From the NCBI GenBank assembly GCA_963743305.1, contig CAVUPH010000006.1:1-64000 (forward strand): 64,000 nucleotides of DNA, in the 5' to 3' direction. Both the position numbers and the translations under genes were made by a program. Below the pieces are notes generated by a model that did not search any database, was not told the DNA's origin, and saw nothing but the letters and a program-made list of their open reading frames with translations. Source of the stretch: an uncultured delta proteobacterium. GTDB lineage: Bacteria > Desulfobacterota > RBG-13-43-22. This document shows positions 40,831 through 50,883 of this stretch, in pieces (within the stretch, counting starts at the first letter, position 1; every line of letters starts with the position of its first letter).

Positions 40831-41895
40831 TTAGGACCGGTAGTATTCTTTATAGGCAATCCAATTTTCTTTGATCAATTCGGCAAAATCGATTCGCTTC
40901 CATTGCCGGATCATCTTTTTTCTTTTGGCGGCCGCCCGGGCCAGAGAAGGCCCCAGCAGGTCATGCAGTTCATCCCGGTAGCCGGCCAAGGGACCAGAGG
41001 TACCCCGGAGGACGGTCGCCGCGGCCGCTTCCCCGGCCAGTTCTCCGGAGATGAGGGCGTTTCCTACCCCGGCGCCGCTGAGGGGATGGCAGGTCCCGGC
41101 GGCATCCCCGGCCAAAATCATGTTTTCCAGCCAGAGGTCCTTCAACCCCCCCACCGGCACCAGGCCCCCGCCGGCCGGCTTTTCCGCCGCTTCCACCAGA
41201 CCTTCTTCCTCCCGCTCCCGTTTAAATTCGTTCAGGATTTTTTTTAAATTCCTGGACTGTCCCGCGTCAAGGCCCACGCCCAAATTGGCCCGGTCCCCTT
41301 TGGGAAAAACCCAGCCGTACCCGCCCGGAATTTCCGGGTGGAAATAAATCCGGGTATGATCCAGGGACTTTGACAATTCCAAAGAAACCTGCGCGGCTAC
41401 CAGAAAAGGTCCCGGGGTTTGACCCATCCAGCGGGCCACCTGGGAGCAGGGGCCGTCGGCCCCCACAATCACCCGGGAGCGAATGAAGACTTCCCGCCGT
41501 CCATCCCAGGCCCGGATCCCCTCCGGGGTTCTCCGGTAAACCTGAAGCCCGGTCTCCAGCCGGACCCCGGCCTCCACTGCCTGTCGGGCCAGTTCCTGAT
41601 CGAATCGGTCCCGCCGGATCACGGCCCCGGGGAAAAGGTTCTCCTTCGGATCCTCGCCGGGCAAAAAGGTACGCATGGCCCTCACCGGCTGAACCGTAAT
41701 GGCCCGGCTGGACAAATCGAGGTGCTTACCGACCGGCAGCGGCACGAATTCGGCGCAGCGGACCGGGACCCCCACCTGAGGACGGCGCTCCGCCAGGAGC
41801 ACCGAAACCCCTTGGCGGGCGGCCGCCCGCGCCGCGACGCTTCCGGCCGGTCCGGCGCCGACCACCAGTACGTCACAGGTCCGCAGATCGTCCAT
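40831..41895 (-). CDS. Geranylgeranyl-reductase-like FAD protein (LipT-like)
   Basis: VVGAGPAG, VRCAE, GADG, GYGWVFPKG and GDAAG motifs. Confidence 0.85.
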   Translation of the reverse strand: MDDLRTCDVLVVGAGPAGSVAARAAARQGVSVLLAERRPQVGVPVRCAEFVPLPVGKHLDLSSRAITVQPVRAMRTFLPGEDPKENLFPGAVIRRDRFDQELARQAVEAGVRLETGLQVYRRTPEGIRAWDGRREVFIRSRVIVGADGPCSQVARWMGQTPGPFLVAAQVSLELSKSLDHTRIYFHPEIPGGYGWVFPKGDRANLGVGLDAGQSRNLKKILNEFKREREEEGLVEAAEKPAGGGLVPVGGLKDLWLENMILAGDAAGTCHPLSGAGVGNALISGELAGEAAAATVLRGTSGPLAGYRDELHDLLGPSLARAAAKRKKMIRQWKRIDFAELIKENWIAYKEYYRS

Positions 41896-43486
41896 TTCCG
41901 GCCCTCCTTCCGGGTCCCGGTCCCGGAGTCGTCCAAAGTTTTTTCCGGGCTTCCAGCACTTTCTTCAGCAAGTCCAGCCGCAAATGAGTCTGGGTTTCGA
42001 AGGAGCCCCGGTAGGCCTGATCTTCCTGTTTCAGTTCGTAACAGGTAGTGTTCTCGATGTCCAGCAACAGTCCCGGCAACCCGGCTTTTTTAAAAGCCTC
42101 CTGCCTTTTTAGTTGGAAGGCGTCACAACAACAGCCGATATAACCCCGGGTGCCGATCTTTTTTTCCTGAGTGAGTTCATCCACCAGATGCTCGTAATTC
42201 TGGATGGTCTTGACCGTCAAACCCTGTTCCCCGGCCAAGGCATAGGCCTCGCCGATGGTGCAGGCCCCGCATTGTTCGCATCCCTCTCGAAAGCGGTACT
42301 CACAGTCCGGTTGTTTGGCGCAGTAGGGCAGCAGGAGCAGATCGCTGCCGGAGAGGATACCCTCCAGGGTCCCGTGAAACGTGGTCAGATGATCCGCCTC
42401 CTCCAGGGTGAACCCGAAGTCAGGATAGGAACATTTATCCAAGGCCAGGGTAACGGATTTAATGAAATCCCGGGGAGCAAGGCCAAAAAGTTCCACCTGT
42501 CGATCCCTGAAAAAATCCTCCAGGATCTCCGGCAGATTTTGGATCGGCCGATCCTTGAGGAACCTTTCCAGATCATAAACGGCCCGCCGCGGATGGATAA
42601 AAAAGTCGCCGGTAATCAAGATATCGGCAATCCTCCCTCGCTTCCGGTCCACCTTGACCGCCGTCCGGATGAGCCCCCCCTCCTCTTTATGAATGGACCG
42701 CAGGATATCCTGCGGTCGGAGGGGAATCCTTCCCCCCTCGATCCACTCGCTCGATTGCCGGCGGGGAAGCAGTCGGCGGAAAAGGGCCCATTCCTCCGGC
42801 CCCGGGGCGCCGGGGGCCGTCCGCAGGCCCAGGTGTTCCTGAAGCCCCCTCTCGATCGCCGTTTTGACCGTTTCCAAAGAAGGGACATAACCCAATTGTT
42901 CCTTCAGACTGGTCACCCGCTCTTGGGCCGAGGATAATTCGCGGGCCTTCAGTTTTTCCGTCGGGATCCGCAGGGCCTTGATCAGGTGTTCCAGGTTGAA
43001 GTCGATCAGCAAGGTTCCCTGAAAAAGGAGGGTATTTCCCTCCAGGACGGCACCGGTCCCGGAAATCTTGCGTCCATCCACCTCGATATCGTTCCTGGGC
43101 CGGAACTCGGCCTTCAGGCCCAGAGTCTGCAATCCCAGGGCAACCGCCTGACAGATCGCCCGCGTGATTCCGGCCAGATCCGACCCGCCGGGCAGTGCCT
43201 CCCGGTCACAGATCAACTCCCAGCCCAACTGGCCTTCATCGAAATAAATCGCCCCTCCCCCGGTGACCCGCCGGTTGATCTGGATACCGCTGACTCGGCA
43301 GTAGTCGGTCCGAATCTCTTCCGAAACAGACTGGTGATAACCGACCAGCGCCACCGGAGGGCTAAACCGCAAATAGCGCAGGGTATTTGGTATGATCTCC
43401 CGGCAGCGAGCCGTCAACAGGGCTTCATCCCAGGCCAGGTTCTCCGCCCCGCTCAATAATCCGGTGTCGATCACTCGCCAGGTCAT
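41873..43486 (-). CDS. lplA: Lipoate:protein ligase Lpl(AB) fused to a Cys-rich DUF116-like domain
   Basis: RRVTGGGAIY, NDI..RKISGTG, ITGDFF; tail LPYCAK..C..CEQCGAC..IGCCC. Confidence 0.88.
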   Translation of the reverse strand: MTWRVIDTGLLSGAENLAWDEALLTARCREIIPNTLRYLRFSPPVALVGYHQSVSEEIRTDYCRVSGIQINRRVTGGGAIYFDEGQLGWELICDREALPGGSDLAGITRAICQAVALGLQTLGLKAEFRPRNDIEVDGRKISGTGAVLEGNTLLFQGTLLIDFNLEHLIKALRIPTEKLKARELSSAQERVTSLKEQLGYVPSLETVKTAIERGLQEHLGLRTAPGAPGPEEWALFRRLLPRRQSSEWIEGGRIPLRPQDILRSIHKEEGGLIRTAVKVDRKRGRIADILITGDFFIHPRRAVYDLERFLKDRPIQNLPEILEDFFRDRQVELFGLAPRDFIKSVTLALDKCSYPDFGFTLEEADHLTTFHGTLEGILSGSDLLLLPYCAKQPDCEYRFREGCEQCGACTIGEAYALAGEQGLTVKTIQNYEHLVDELTQEKKIGTRGYIGCCCDAFQLKRQEAFKKAGLPGLLLDIENTTCYELKQEDQAYRGSFETQTHLRLDLLKKVLEARKKLWTTPGPGPGRRAGNGRSADL

Positions 43487-44388
43487 CGGAAGGATTGAAT
43501 CAAGGCACAACATTCCGACGAGGTCCGTATTTCCAGACCCCGCTCTCGGGCCAAAATCAAAGCCTGCTCGCTGGGAAAAGCAATGCCGTCCAGCCCCAGA
43601 GTTACGGCCAGGATATCGGTCTGCTGCCGATGCCGGCCCAGGGGTCTTTCGCAGCCTAAAACCAGCGAAGTTCGGGGAAACATTTTCCGGGCCCGGGCAA
43701 AGAACTCCCCCAGCGTCTCGGGATCGGGAGGCTTGACCCCGGCCATGGCCGTCCGGGGAAGCGGCCGGAGTCCCACCAGAACCACGGCCTGCACCGGATA
43801 GCGGGCGATGATTTCCAAGGCCCGTATTTCGCCTTTAAGCTGACCGAAATGGAGCCCCATGATGACGTGCGGCGCCGTGGGAATGGCCCTTTCAGTCAGT
43901 CGCTTCAAGGACTCCTCGTAATCCCTGACCGCTGCCCGCAGATGGTAAACCTGACGGATGGTCTCTTCGTGGCCGATTATATCCAACAAAGCGGCCTCAA
44001 TGCCGGCCTCGGCCAGACCGTCCGCCAGATCGGAAGACACCAATCCGGTGTGGACCAAGACCTTCAATCCCCATTCGGAGCGGATTTCTTTCAGGGTGGG
44101 AAGAAAAGGGGCCAGGGGCACGCCCCCCTCCTCCCCGGAACCGCCGCTGATTAACAGACTGCGTCCTCCCCGCTGGAATACCCTCTCGGCCTCGCGGCGA
44201 AGGTCCTGGGGAGTGACGGCCGCTTTCATATTGCGCAGGATCCTTCCCCCGCAATGTTTACAAAGCAGCCGGCATTCCGACCCGGTTATGGACAGCGCGG
44301 TGGTACCACAAGAGCCGGTCTCCAAAAAAAATCCCGGCTCATAGGTCCTGAATGCGGGCTGGAAGAAGTGAATCTGCCTGGAAGGCAT
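43483..44388 (-). CDS. lipS1: Radical SAM lipoyl synthase subunit, LipS1-like
   Basis: SITGSECRLLCKHC; LGCERP; terminal ECCA. Confidence 0.8.
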   Translation of the reverse strand: MPSRQIHFFQPAFRTYEPGFFLETGSCGTTALSITGSECRLLCKHCGGRILRNMKAAVTPQDLRREAERVFQRGGRSLLISGGSGEEGGVPLAPFLPTLKEIRSEWGLKVLVHTGLVSSDLADGLAEAGIEAALLDIIGHEETIRQVYHLRAAVRDYEESLKRLTERAIPTAPHVIMGLHFGQLKGEIRALEIIARYPVQAVVLVGLRPLPRTAMAGVKPPDPETLGEFFARARKMFPRTSLVLGCERPLGRHRQQTDILAVTLGLDGIAFPSEQALILARERGLEIRTSSECCALIQSFR

Positions 44389-44602
44389 AGGGCGAAAATT
44401 TTCCTTTATTTTATTGACCTATCATTGCTCGTCCTCTTTTTTGTTCCACGAAGGGGCCGGCTTGTCAAGAGTAAAGACCGGGGTTTCTATAATAATTTTA
44501 TTGAAATTATATACTTTTCTTATATACTTAAAAGGATAAGGCTTGCTGGTCCAAAAATCAGTCAGTTGCCTGAAAAGCGAATCGCAAGAAAGGAGAATGG
44601 GA

Positions 44603-44977
44603 ATGGGAAAGAAAGAAAAGCGTAGGTTGGCAGTCTGGATGGGTTTATTCGTCTTTATTTCGGCCTTGATGTTAGGGGTCGGCTGTAGCCGTGAACAGGC
44701 CCCTCCGCCCCCGCCGCAAGCGGCGGCCCCGGCACCAGCACCGGCGGCACCTGTCGGCACAACACCAGGAGCAGCCCCGGCGGCCCAGCCTGGAGCCCCG
44801 GCGCCCAACATATCCCAGGTGCAAACCGGTATGACCATAGACCAGGTCAAACAGATCATGGGCAACCCGGCCGAAATAAAGCAAAAAGGCGCGATCACCG
44901 AATATAAATATTATACCCCACAAAAGGTGGAAGTAAAATTCCAGAATAATCAGGTGACGGCAGTGGAAATGCATTAG
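44603..44977 (+). CDS. Small Pro/Ala-rich lipoprotein with BamE/SmpA-like domain
   Basis: LGVGC lipobox; QVQTGMTIDQVKQIMGNP. Confidence 0.75.
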   Translation: MGKKEKRRLAVWMGLFVFISALMLGVGCSREQAPPPPPQAAAPAPAPAAPVGTTPGAAPAAQPGAPAPNISQVQTGMTIDQVKQIMGNPAEIKQKGAITEYKYYTPQKVEVKFQNNQVTAVEMH

Positions 44978-44993
44978 CAGCGGAGTCCATCCC

Positions 44994-45033
44994 TGGGGGG
45001 ATCTCCGCCGGTGCCCGGCAGGAGATCCCCCCA
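44994..45033 (+). other. Strong intergenic hairpin (terminator or mRNA stabiliser)
   Basis: TGGGGGGATCTCC-GCCGG..CCGGC-A-GGAGATCCCCCCA. Confidence 0.55.
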
Positions 45034-45090
45034 TCTGAACCTGACAGGCCCCTTTTTTCACCATTTTTCTTAAGGACAGGAATCATCTTT

Positions 45091-48000
45091 ATGAAGGACC
45101 AGGAACCATTTGACCAAACCTCCCGGCACAACGCGAAGGGAGAAGGTCACCGCCAGCCCTCTTTACCCAAGCCCCTGGGCGACCAGACCCAACTCTTCTC
45201 CCCGGGAGCCGGCCAGGGGGACGGGTCGGATAGTTTTCCGGAAGGCCTCCCCAAACCCCTCCTGGATGACGGAATGGCCACGGTAGCCTTTAAACCATTC
45301 ACGGCCTTTAAAAAAGAAGATGTCATCCAACCCACCATCGAAGTAGTAAGCGGATTAGCCAACGAAAAGATTTTTAATCTGGGCCAAGAAAAATTAACCA
45401 TCGGCCGATCCAATTACAACGCCCTGGTCCTGGATGATGAAAAAGTCTCCCGTTCCCACGCCGAGATACATTTTGAAGATGGGTATTATGTCGTTGAGGA
45501 CCTGAACTCAACCAATGGGGTGCAGGTCAACGATCAACTCATTCATAAGATGCTGCTCAAATCCGGCGATCGCATTACCTTAGGGGACTCCGTCCTGCTC
45601 TTCACCCAGAAGGAACCAGAAATCTCATTAGGGGACAAGGTATCTTTTATCAATAAAAGCGACCTATTAAACTGGTTGGACCAGGAAACCAAGATCCTGC
45701 TGGCCCAAAATCTGGTAGTTCGCTTTTTCCCGAAAAATGCCGTCGTCCTGGCTCAAAATACCCTGGTTGAAAGTATGTATTTCCTCTATTCCGGTGAAAT
45801 CCGGATCGTGGAGGTAAATGAGGAGGGAGGGGAACGGAATATTGACCGTCTGGGACCTGGAGATTTTTTTGGTGAACGGGCGCTGCTGGCCGGAGAAACG
45901 GGTAATCTCTCCATGATCGCCAGCGTGGACCTCTACCTTTTGGAACTCCGGAAAGAACGATTGAATGAATTACTCCAAAAAAAGCCGGAGCTCAACCAGG
46001 CTTTTTATCGGATGGTCCTCAAGAAACTGCGCACCGCCCAGTCCGAATCGGACCAGGAGGGTAAACGCCAGGATAACTTACGGCACATCATCACCCCCAC
46101 CGATGTCCAGGTCATCGGGGAAGACCGCAAGATTAAGGACGCCAGGAATAGAATCGAAAAACTGGCCAAGGAGGCCAAGACCGCTCTGATCATCGGGCCT
46201 TCCGGGACCGGCAAAAAGACCCTGGCCCGCTATTTCCATAAAATGGGTGGCCACCCGGATTATCCCTATGTGGAAATATCTTTGGCCGACCTGGAGGAAA
46301 GCACCGTGGGGGCGGCGATCTTCGGCATCGAGCCCGACCCGGAGGCCACCCACATGAAGGGGCAGGTCGGCTACTTGGAGATGATCGAGAGCGGCACACT
46401 GGCCATCGCCCATGCCGAGCAACTGGACGCCCACCAACAAAGCAAGCTGGTCACTTATCTCAAGTACGGCTGGTTTCACCGGGTCTACGGTCAGGCCAGC
46501 GTCAAGGCCCAGACCAAGGTCATTCTTTTGGCCACCGGGACGGAAGCGGAGGTGTCAGACAAATTCATCCCCGAGTTGAGGGAACTGCTTAAAGATCGAA
46601 TCGTCGTTCTCCCGCCCCTGATTCAACGGTTGAAAGACATCCCCCTCTTAGCCAATCACTATCTAAAACTCTTTTCCAGAAAGGACGGAAAACGCACCAG
46701 CGGTCTGTCCCGGGAGGCCACCGAAAAATTGGTTTCCTACACCTGGCCGGGAAACATCAAGGAATTGGAAAATGTGATTCAACGGGCGGCAATCGTTTCT
46801 TCCGAGGATATGATCATACCCGGAGATTTAATTTTTGTCGTCCCTTCGGAAAAGGAAATCCACAAGATCAACCTGGTTCGCAATGACCGGATCCGAAATT
46901 TCCTGCGTCACCCCCTGATCCCCAAGGTCTTTATCTGGTTCAATATTTTTATGGTGGTGGTCATGGCCGGATTCACCCTGTTTGGCGGCTCCCGTCCGGA
47001 GGGCCACCCCCTGACCGATTTCGGCAACAACCCGGGGATGCTAATCACTTGGCTGGTCTGGTTTCCTATCCTGCCCATCTCGGCTTTTTTGTTCGGCCGG
47101 GTGTGGTGTACCGCCTGCCCCATTGCCGGTATCGGCGAACTGGTCTCCCGGGTAAAAAAATTCAACCTGCCGGTGCCTAAAATTCTTAAACGGATGGATT
47201 TCTGGGTGGTCGTGATTTCCTTCATGGTCCTTGATTATGCCGAAGAATTATTCGGGGTGGCGGATAAACCCCTGGCTACCGGGCTGCTTTTAGTCATCAT
47301 CGTGGGCCTCTCCGTACTCTTTTGTGTCCTCTTTGAACGGAAAACTTTTTGCCGGTACCTCTGCCCTCTGGCCGGGATGCTGGGGACCTACTCCACGATG
47401 AGTATGTTCGAAGTCCGGGGCAATAAGAAGGTTTGCCAGACCCAGTGTGGTCAGCACCTCTGTTACAAGGGGACCGAACAGGCCCCGGGTTGTCCCATGT
47501 TTTCCTACCCGGCCTCGATTTCCACCAGCACGGAATGCATGATGTGCCTGAACTGCCTCAAGAGCTGCGATAACCGGGGGGTTCAAATCAACCTCCGTCC
47601 GCCCCTGCAGGAACTCTGGCGTCAATCCCAGCCCGTTCTTAGTTTATCCCTCTTCGGCGTGATTCTGGTCGGGTTGATGGCCCGCCATCAATTTCCCAAA
47701 CTCACTTACTGGCTGAACATCGAAAGCTCGCTGGGCTGGACCGAATGGGTCACCCACACGGTGCTCTATGCTTCTTTTGCCCTGATGGCCTTCATCCCCT
47801 TTGCCCTTAGTTCCACCCTTTCGGCCGCGGCCTCTCAGGAAAAAGTGTCGGAAAACATGGCCCATTACGGGATGGCCTTTATTCCGCTGGCCTTAGCCGG
47901 GCACCTTTCCCACGTGGCCCATGAATTTCTCAGCTCGGGGGTCTATGAATTCTTAAAATACATGGGCAAATTATATAATTACCTGACGGCCGGAATCCCG

Positions 48001-48654
48001 ATCGGCAGTCAGGAGCCAGCCCTTTCTCCCTTTATTCACCATTCCATTATTACTTTTTTGAAATTCATGATGATCAGCGGGGGAATGCTGGGCTCCCTGA
48101 TCGCCCTCTTTATGATCGCTCGAAGGATGTCGGAAAAGAATATCTTTGCCCGCGTCCTCCCTCATTTGCTGGTCTTGCTCCTTTTCTTTATTGGCTATGT
48201 GTTTATTTTTACCGGGGCCACCGGCGCCGCCCCGGAGACCCCCAGCCCGACCGCCGCTTTGGTCCCTACTGCCGGCCAACCCCAAAACCCAAGCCCCTCG
48301 GCCGCCGGAGGGCAACTTTTATTGACCATCCCCAACGTCCAGGGGGCCACGAACGTGGGCCTGACCAGCCCGGCTTCCGTTGACTGGCTTCGCTCGGCGC
48401 AAATGAATCCCGCCACGGGAAAATACCGGCTGGTCCTTTACGGGCAGTCCCAAGGGACCCCGGACGGCAAACAGGTCAGGGTTTACCTGGAAAACGAACC
48501 GACCCAGCCCCAATTTATTTCACCGCTGGACAACCGAGGATTTTTCAGCGGCTATATTCAACTGACAACGCCTAATCAAGGGATGTCCCTGATACTGGAA
48601 ATATTGGATGTTAATAACCGAGTTTTAGCGGCCCACAAGGTGTTATTCTCTTAA
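45091..48654 (+). CDS. FHA + cNMP-binding + degenerate sigma54-type AAA+ + membrane 4Fe-4S (NapH/RdxA-like) protein
   Basis: IGR..SRSH..STNG; GDFFGERAL; GPSGTGK, WPGNIKEL; WCTACP, FCRYLCP and CMMCLNCLKSC with many TMs. Confidence 0.85.
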   Translation: MKDQEPFDQTSRHNAKGEGHRQPSLPKPLGDQTQLFSPGAGQGDGSDSFPEGLPKPLLDDGMATVAFKPFTAFKKEDVIQPTIEVVSGLANEKIFNLGQEKLTIGRSNYNALVLDDEKVSRSHAEIHFEDGYYVVEDLNSTNGVQVNDQLIHKMLLKSGDRITLGDSVLLFTQKEPEISLGDKVSFINKSDLLNWLDQETKILLAQNLVVRFFPKNAVVLAQNTLVESMYFLYSGEIRIVEVNEEGGERNIDRLGPGDFFGERALLAGETGNLSMIASVDLYLLELRKERLNELLQKKPELNQAFYRMVLKKLRTAQSESDQEGKRQDNLRHIITPTDVQVIGEDRKIKDARNRIEKLAKEAKTALIIGPSGTGKKTLARYFHKMGGHPDYPYVEISLADLEESTVGAAIFGIEPDPEATHMKGQVGYLEMIESGTLAIAHAEQLDAHQQSKLVTYLKYGWFHRVYGQASVKAQTKVILLATGTEAEVSDKFIPELRELLKDRIVVLPPLIQRLKDIPLLANHYLKLFSRKDGKRTSGLSREATEKLVSYTWPGNIKELENVIQRAAIVSSEDMIIPGDLIFVVPSEKEIHKINLVRNDRIRNFLRHPLIPKVFIWFNIFMVVVMAGFTLFGGSRPEGHPLTDFGNNPGMLITWLVWFPILPISAFLFGRVWCTACPIAGIGELVSRVKKFNLPVPKILKRMDFWVVVISFMVLDYAEELFGVADKPLATGLLLVIIVGLSVLFCVLFERKTFCRYLCPLAGMLGTYSTMSMFEVRGNKKVCQTQCGQHLCYKGTEQAPGCPMFSYPASISTSTECMMCLNCLKSCDNRGVQINLRPPLQELWRQSQPVLSLSLFGVILVGLMARHQFPKLTYWLNIESSLGWTEWVTHTVLYASFALMAFIPFALSSTLSAAASQEKVSENMAHYGMAFIPLALAGHLSHVAHEFLSSGVYEFLKYMGKLYNYLTAGIPIGSQEPALSPFIHHSIITFLKFMMISGGMLGSLIALFMIARRMSEKNIFARVLPHLLVLLLFFIGYVFIFTGATGAAPETPSPTAALVPTAGQPQNPSPSAAGGQLLLTIPNVQGATNVGLTSPASVDWLRSAQMNPATGKYRLVLYGQSQGTPDGKQVRVYLENEPTQPQFISPLDNRGFFSGYIQLTTPNQGMSLILEILDVNNRVLAAHKVLFS

Positions 48655-48678
48655 GACCCGTAAGGAGCCTTTTTACCT

Positions 48679-50883
48679 ATGTTCAACCCCGGGAACCTCA
48701 TTGGAAAAGAAATCGATCAATTTCGCCTGGAAGAGTTTATCGGCCAGGGGGCTATGGGAATGGTCTATAAGGCCAAAGACTCCATTTTAAACCGGGTCGT
48801 GGCTCTAAAACTGATATCCAAGAAGGTGGAATTTACCACGCCGGCCATGGCGGAAGCCCGAAAAAGGCTGATTCAGGAGGCCCAGGCGGCCGGCCGCCTT
48901 TCCCATCCCAATATCGTCACCATCCATTCCTACGGGGAGACCGATGAATTCCAGTACATCTGTATGGAATACATTACCGGGAGGACCCTGGCCGAAGTCT
49001 TGAACGAAGCCAAGGTCCTGGCGGTGGAAGACGCTGTTTCCATCTTTGATCAAATCCTGCAGGCGCTGGAAATGTCCAGCAAGGAACAGATCGTTCACCG
49101 CGATATCAAGCCGACCAATATCATGATCATGGGTGACAAACGGGTCAAGGTCATGGATTTCGGGATTGCCAAGATCCCTTCCCTGTCCATCACTACCACC
49201 GGAACGGTCCTGGGAACCCCCTATTACATGTCGCCCGAACAGATCTCCGGACAAAAAGTCGATATCCGTTCGGACCTATTTTCGGTGGGCGCCGTCTTTT
49301 ATCAGGTCCTGACCGGGGAGCGGCCTTTCGAAGGGGAAAGCACGGTCACCTTGGCCTATAAAATCGTCCAGGTGGAGCCTATCCCCCCCAAGGTTCTGAA
49401 TGTCCACATCCCTCCAGCCGTTGAAACCATAGTCAAGAAAGCCCTGGCCAAGGATCCGGCGCTGCGCTACCAAACCCCTTCGGAAATGCTGAAGGACCTG
49501 CGGTCAGCCATGCGTCCCAGCCCACCCCCGACCCCGGCGGTCAGTGATACAACTATTAAAGCCAAAGCGGCTCCATCTTTTGATAAAACGGTGGAATTCA
49601 AGGCGGAGGAGAAACCGGTCGTTCGCGAAGAAAAAGCGAAAGCCCCGGAGTATAAAGAGCCGCCGGTCGAAGAAAAACCCAAACCGGCCCCGGCGCCCAA
49701 GGAACCGGCCCCTAAGCCGACGCCCGCACCCGCCGCCAAAACCGGCAATACGGCCTCAAAAACCATCGCGCTAACCGTAGTCTTGCTCCTGATCATGGTA
49801 GTGGGGATTGTTTTGGTCATCCGTCTGGTAAAGAAGACCTCTCCCGAAATCCCCGCGCTCCTTAAACCGCCCGAGACCAGCCCGGCCCCCCCCGGCGCCT
49901 CTTCCAACGACCAGACCAAGATCCAGGTGGAACGATTAATTCAGCAAGCCAAGAATGAAACCCAATCCGATCCGGCCAATGCCCAGAAGCTGCTGGAACA
50001 GGCGGTCCAACTGGACCCCAAAAACTTTGAAGCTCAATTTCAAACAGCCCGCTTATTAACCCTGCGTAAAAATTTCCCGGCCGCCATCGAACATTACCAG
50101 GCGGCTTTGCAAATCAATAATCAGAAACCGGAAATTTATTTCAACCTGGGGTTTATATATTTAAATCAAGGTGATTATGATTTAGCCATCAAATATTATG
50201 AATCCTGTCGGGCCCTTTCCCCGCCCTATCAAGATGAAGTCCTGACCAACTTGGGGATCGCCTTCTTAAAGAAAAATAACCCGGGCCAGGCCCAGACCTA
50301 TTTCAAACAGGCTATCGGCCTGAACCCCAATAACAGCCTGGCCCGCAGTTACCTGCAGACCAGCCCGACCACCGGCGGCCCTCCCCCGCCTCCGGTCACG
50401 GGTGCGGCCGGTCCCCCCGCCGAGGCTAAAAGGCAGGCGAATACCCTGATCACTCAAGCCAAGGGCCAATTAACCGCCAATCCCGCCAAGGCCCAACAAC
50501 TATTGGAGCAGGCCGTCACCCTGGACCCGACCAATTACGAAGCCCCGTATCAAATGGGCCGGCTCCTGACCTTTAAAAAAGATTATTCCGGTGCGGTGCT
50601 GCAATATCAAAAGGCCATCAATCTAAATAACAAAATTCCGGAAATCCATTTCAACCTGGGATATATTTACATGAGCCAGGGTAATTTCGATCAGGCGATA
50701 AAATATTTCGAATCCTGCCGGGCACTCTCTCCTTCTTACCAGGATGAGGTCTTGACCAACCTGGGGATCACCTATTTAAAGAAGAATGATCCTACCAAGG
50801 CTCAGTTCTATTTTCGGGAAGCCCTTAAAATCAATCCCAACAACAGCCTGGCCCGTAGCTACTTGCAGAATTTGGGAGGATGA
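48679..50883 (+). CDS. Hanks-type Ser/Thr receptor kinase, one TM, duplicated extracytoplasmic TPR modules
   Basis: GQGAMG, VALK, HRDIKPTN, DFG, GTPYYMSPE; TM IALTVVLLLIMVVGIVLVI; two similar TPR blocks. Confidence 0.93.
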   Translation: MFNPGNLIGKEIDQFRLEEFIGQGAMGMVYKAKDSILNRVVALKLISKKVEFTTPAMAEARKRLIQEAQAAGRLSHPNIVTIHSYGETDEFQYICMEYITGRTLAEVLNEAKVLAVEDAVSIFDQILQALEMSSKEQIVHRDIKPTNIMIMGDKRVKVMDFGIAKIPSLSITTTGTVLGTPYYMSPEQISGQKVDIRSDLFSVGAVFYQVLTGERPFEGESTVTLAYKIVQVEPIPPKVLNVHIPPAVETIVKKALAKDPALRYQTPSEMLKDLRSAMRPSPPPTPAVSDTTIKAKAAPSFDKTVEFKAEEKPVVREEKAKAPEYKEPPVEEKPKPAPAPKEPAPKPTPAPAAKTGNTASKTIALTVVLLLIMVVGIVLVIRLVKKTSPEIPALLKPPETSPAPPGASSNDQTKIQVERLIQQAKNETQSDPANAQKLLEQAVQLDPKNFEAQFQTARLLTLRKNFPAAIEHYQAALQINNQKPEIYFNLGFIYLNQGDYDLAIKYYESCRALSPPYQDEVLTNLGIAFLKKNNPGQAQTYFKQAIGLNPNNSLARSYLQTSPTTGGPPPPPVTGAAGPPAEAKRQANTLITQAKGQLTANPAKAQQLLEQAVTLDPTNYEAPYQMGRLLTFKKDYSGAVLQYQKAINLNNKIPEIHFNLGYIYMSQGNFDQAIKYFESCRALSPSYQDEVLTNLGITYLKKNDPTKAQFYFREALKINPNNSLARSYLQNLGG

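Noticed and set aside
39737-43459. Long plus-strand ORFs antisense to the lipoylation cluster (and similar shadow ORFs elsewhere)
   Set aside because: GC-rich antisense shadows of well-supported genes, with no motifs
45091-48654. Functional sigma54 activator for the promoter at 60851
   Set aside because: It lacks GAFTGA, the Walker B acidic residues and a DNA-binding HTH
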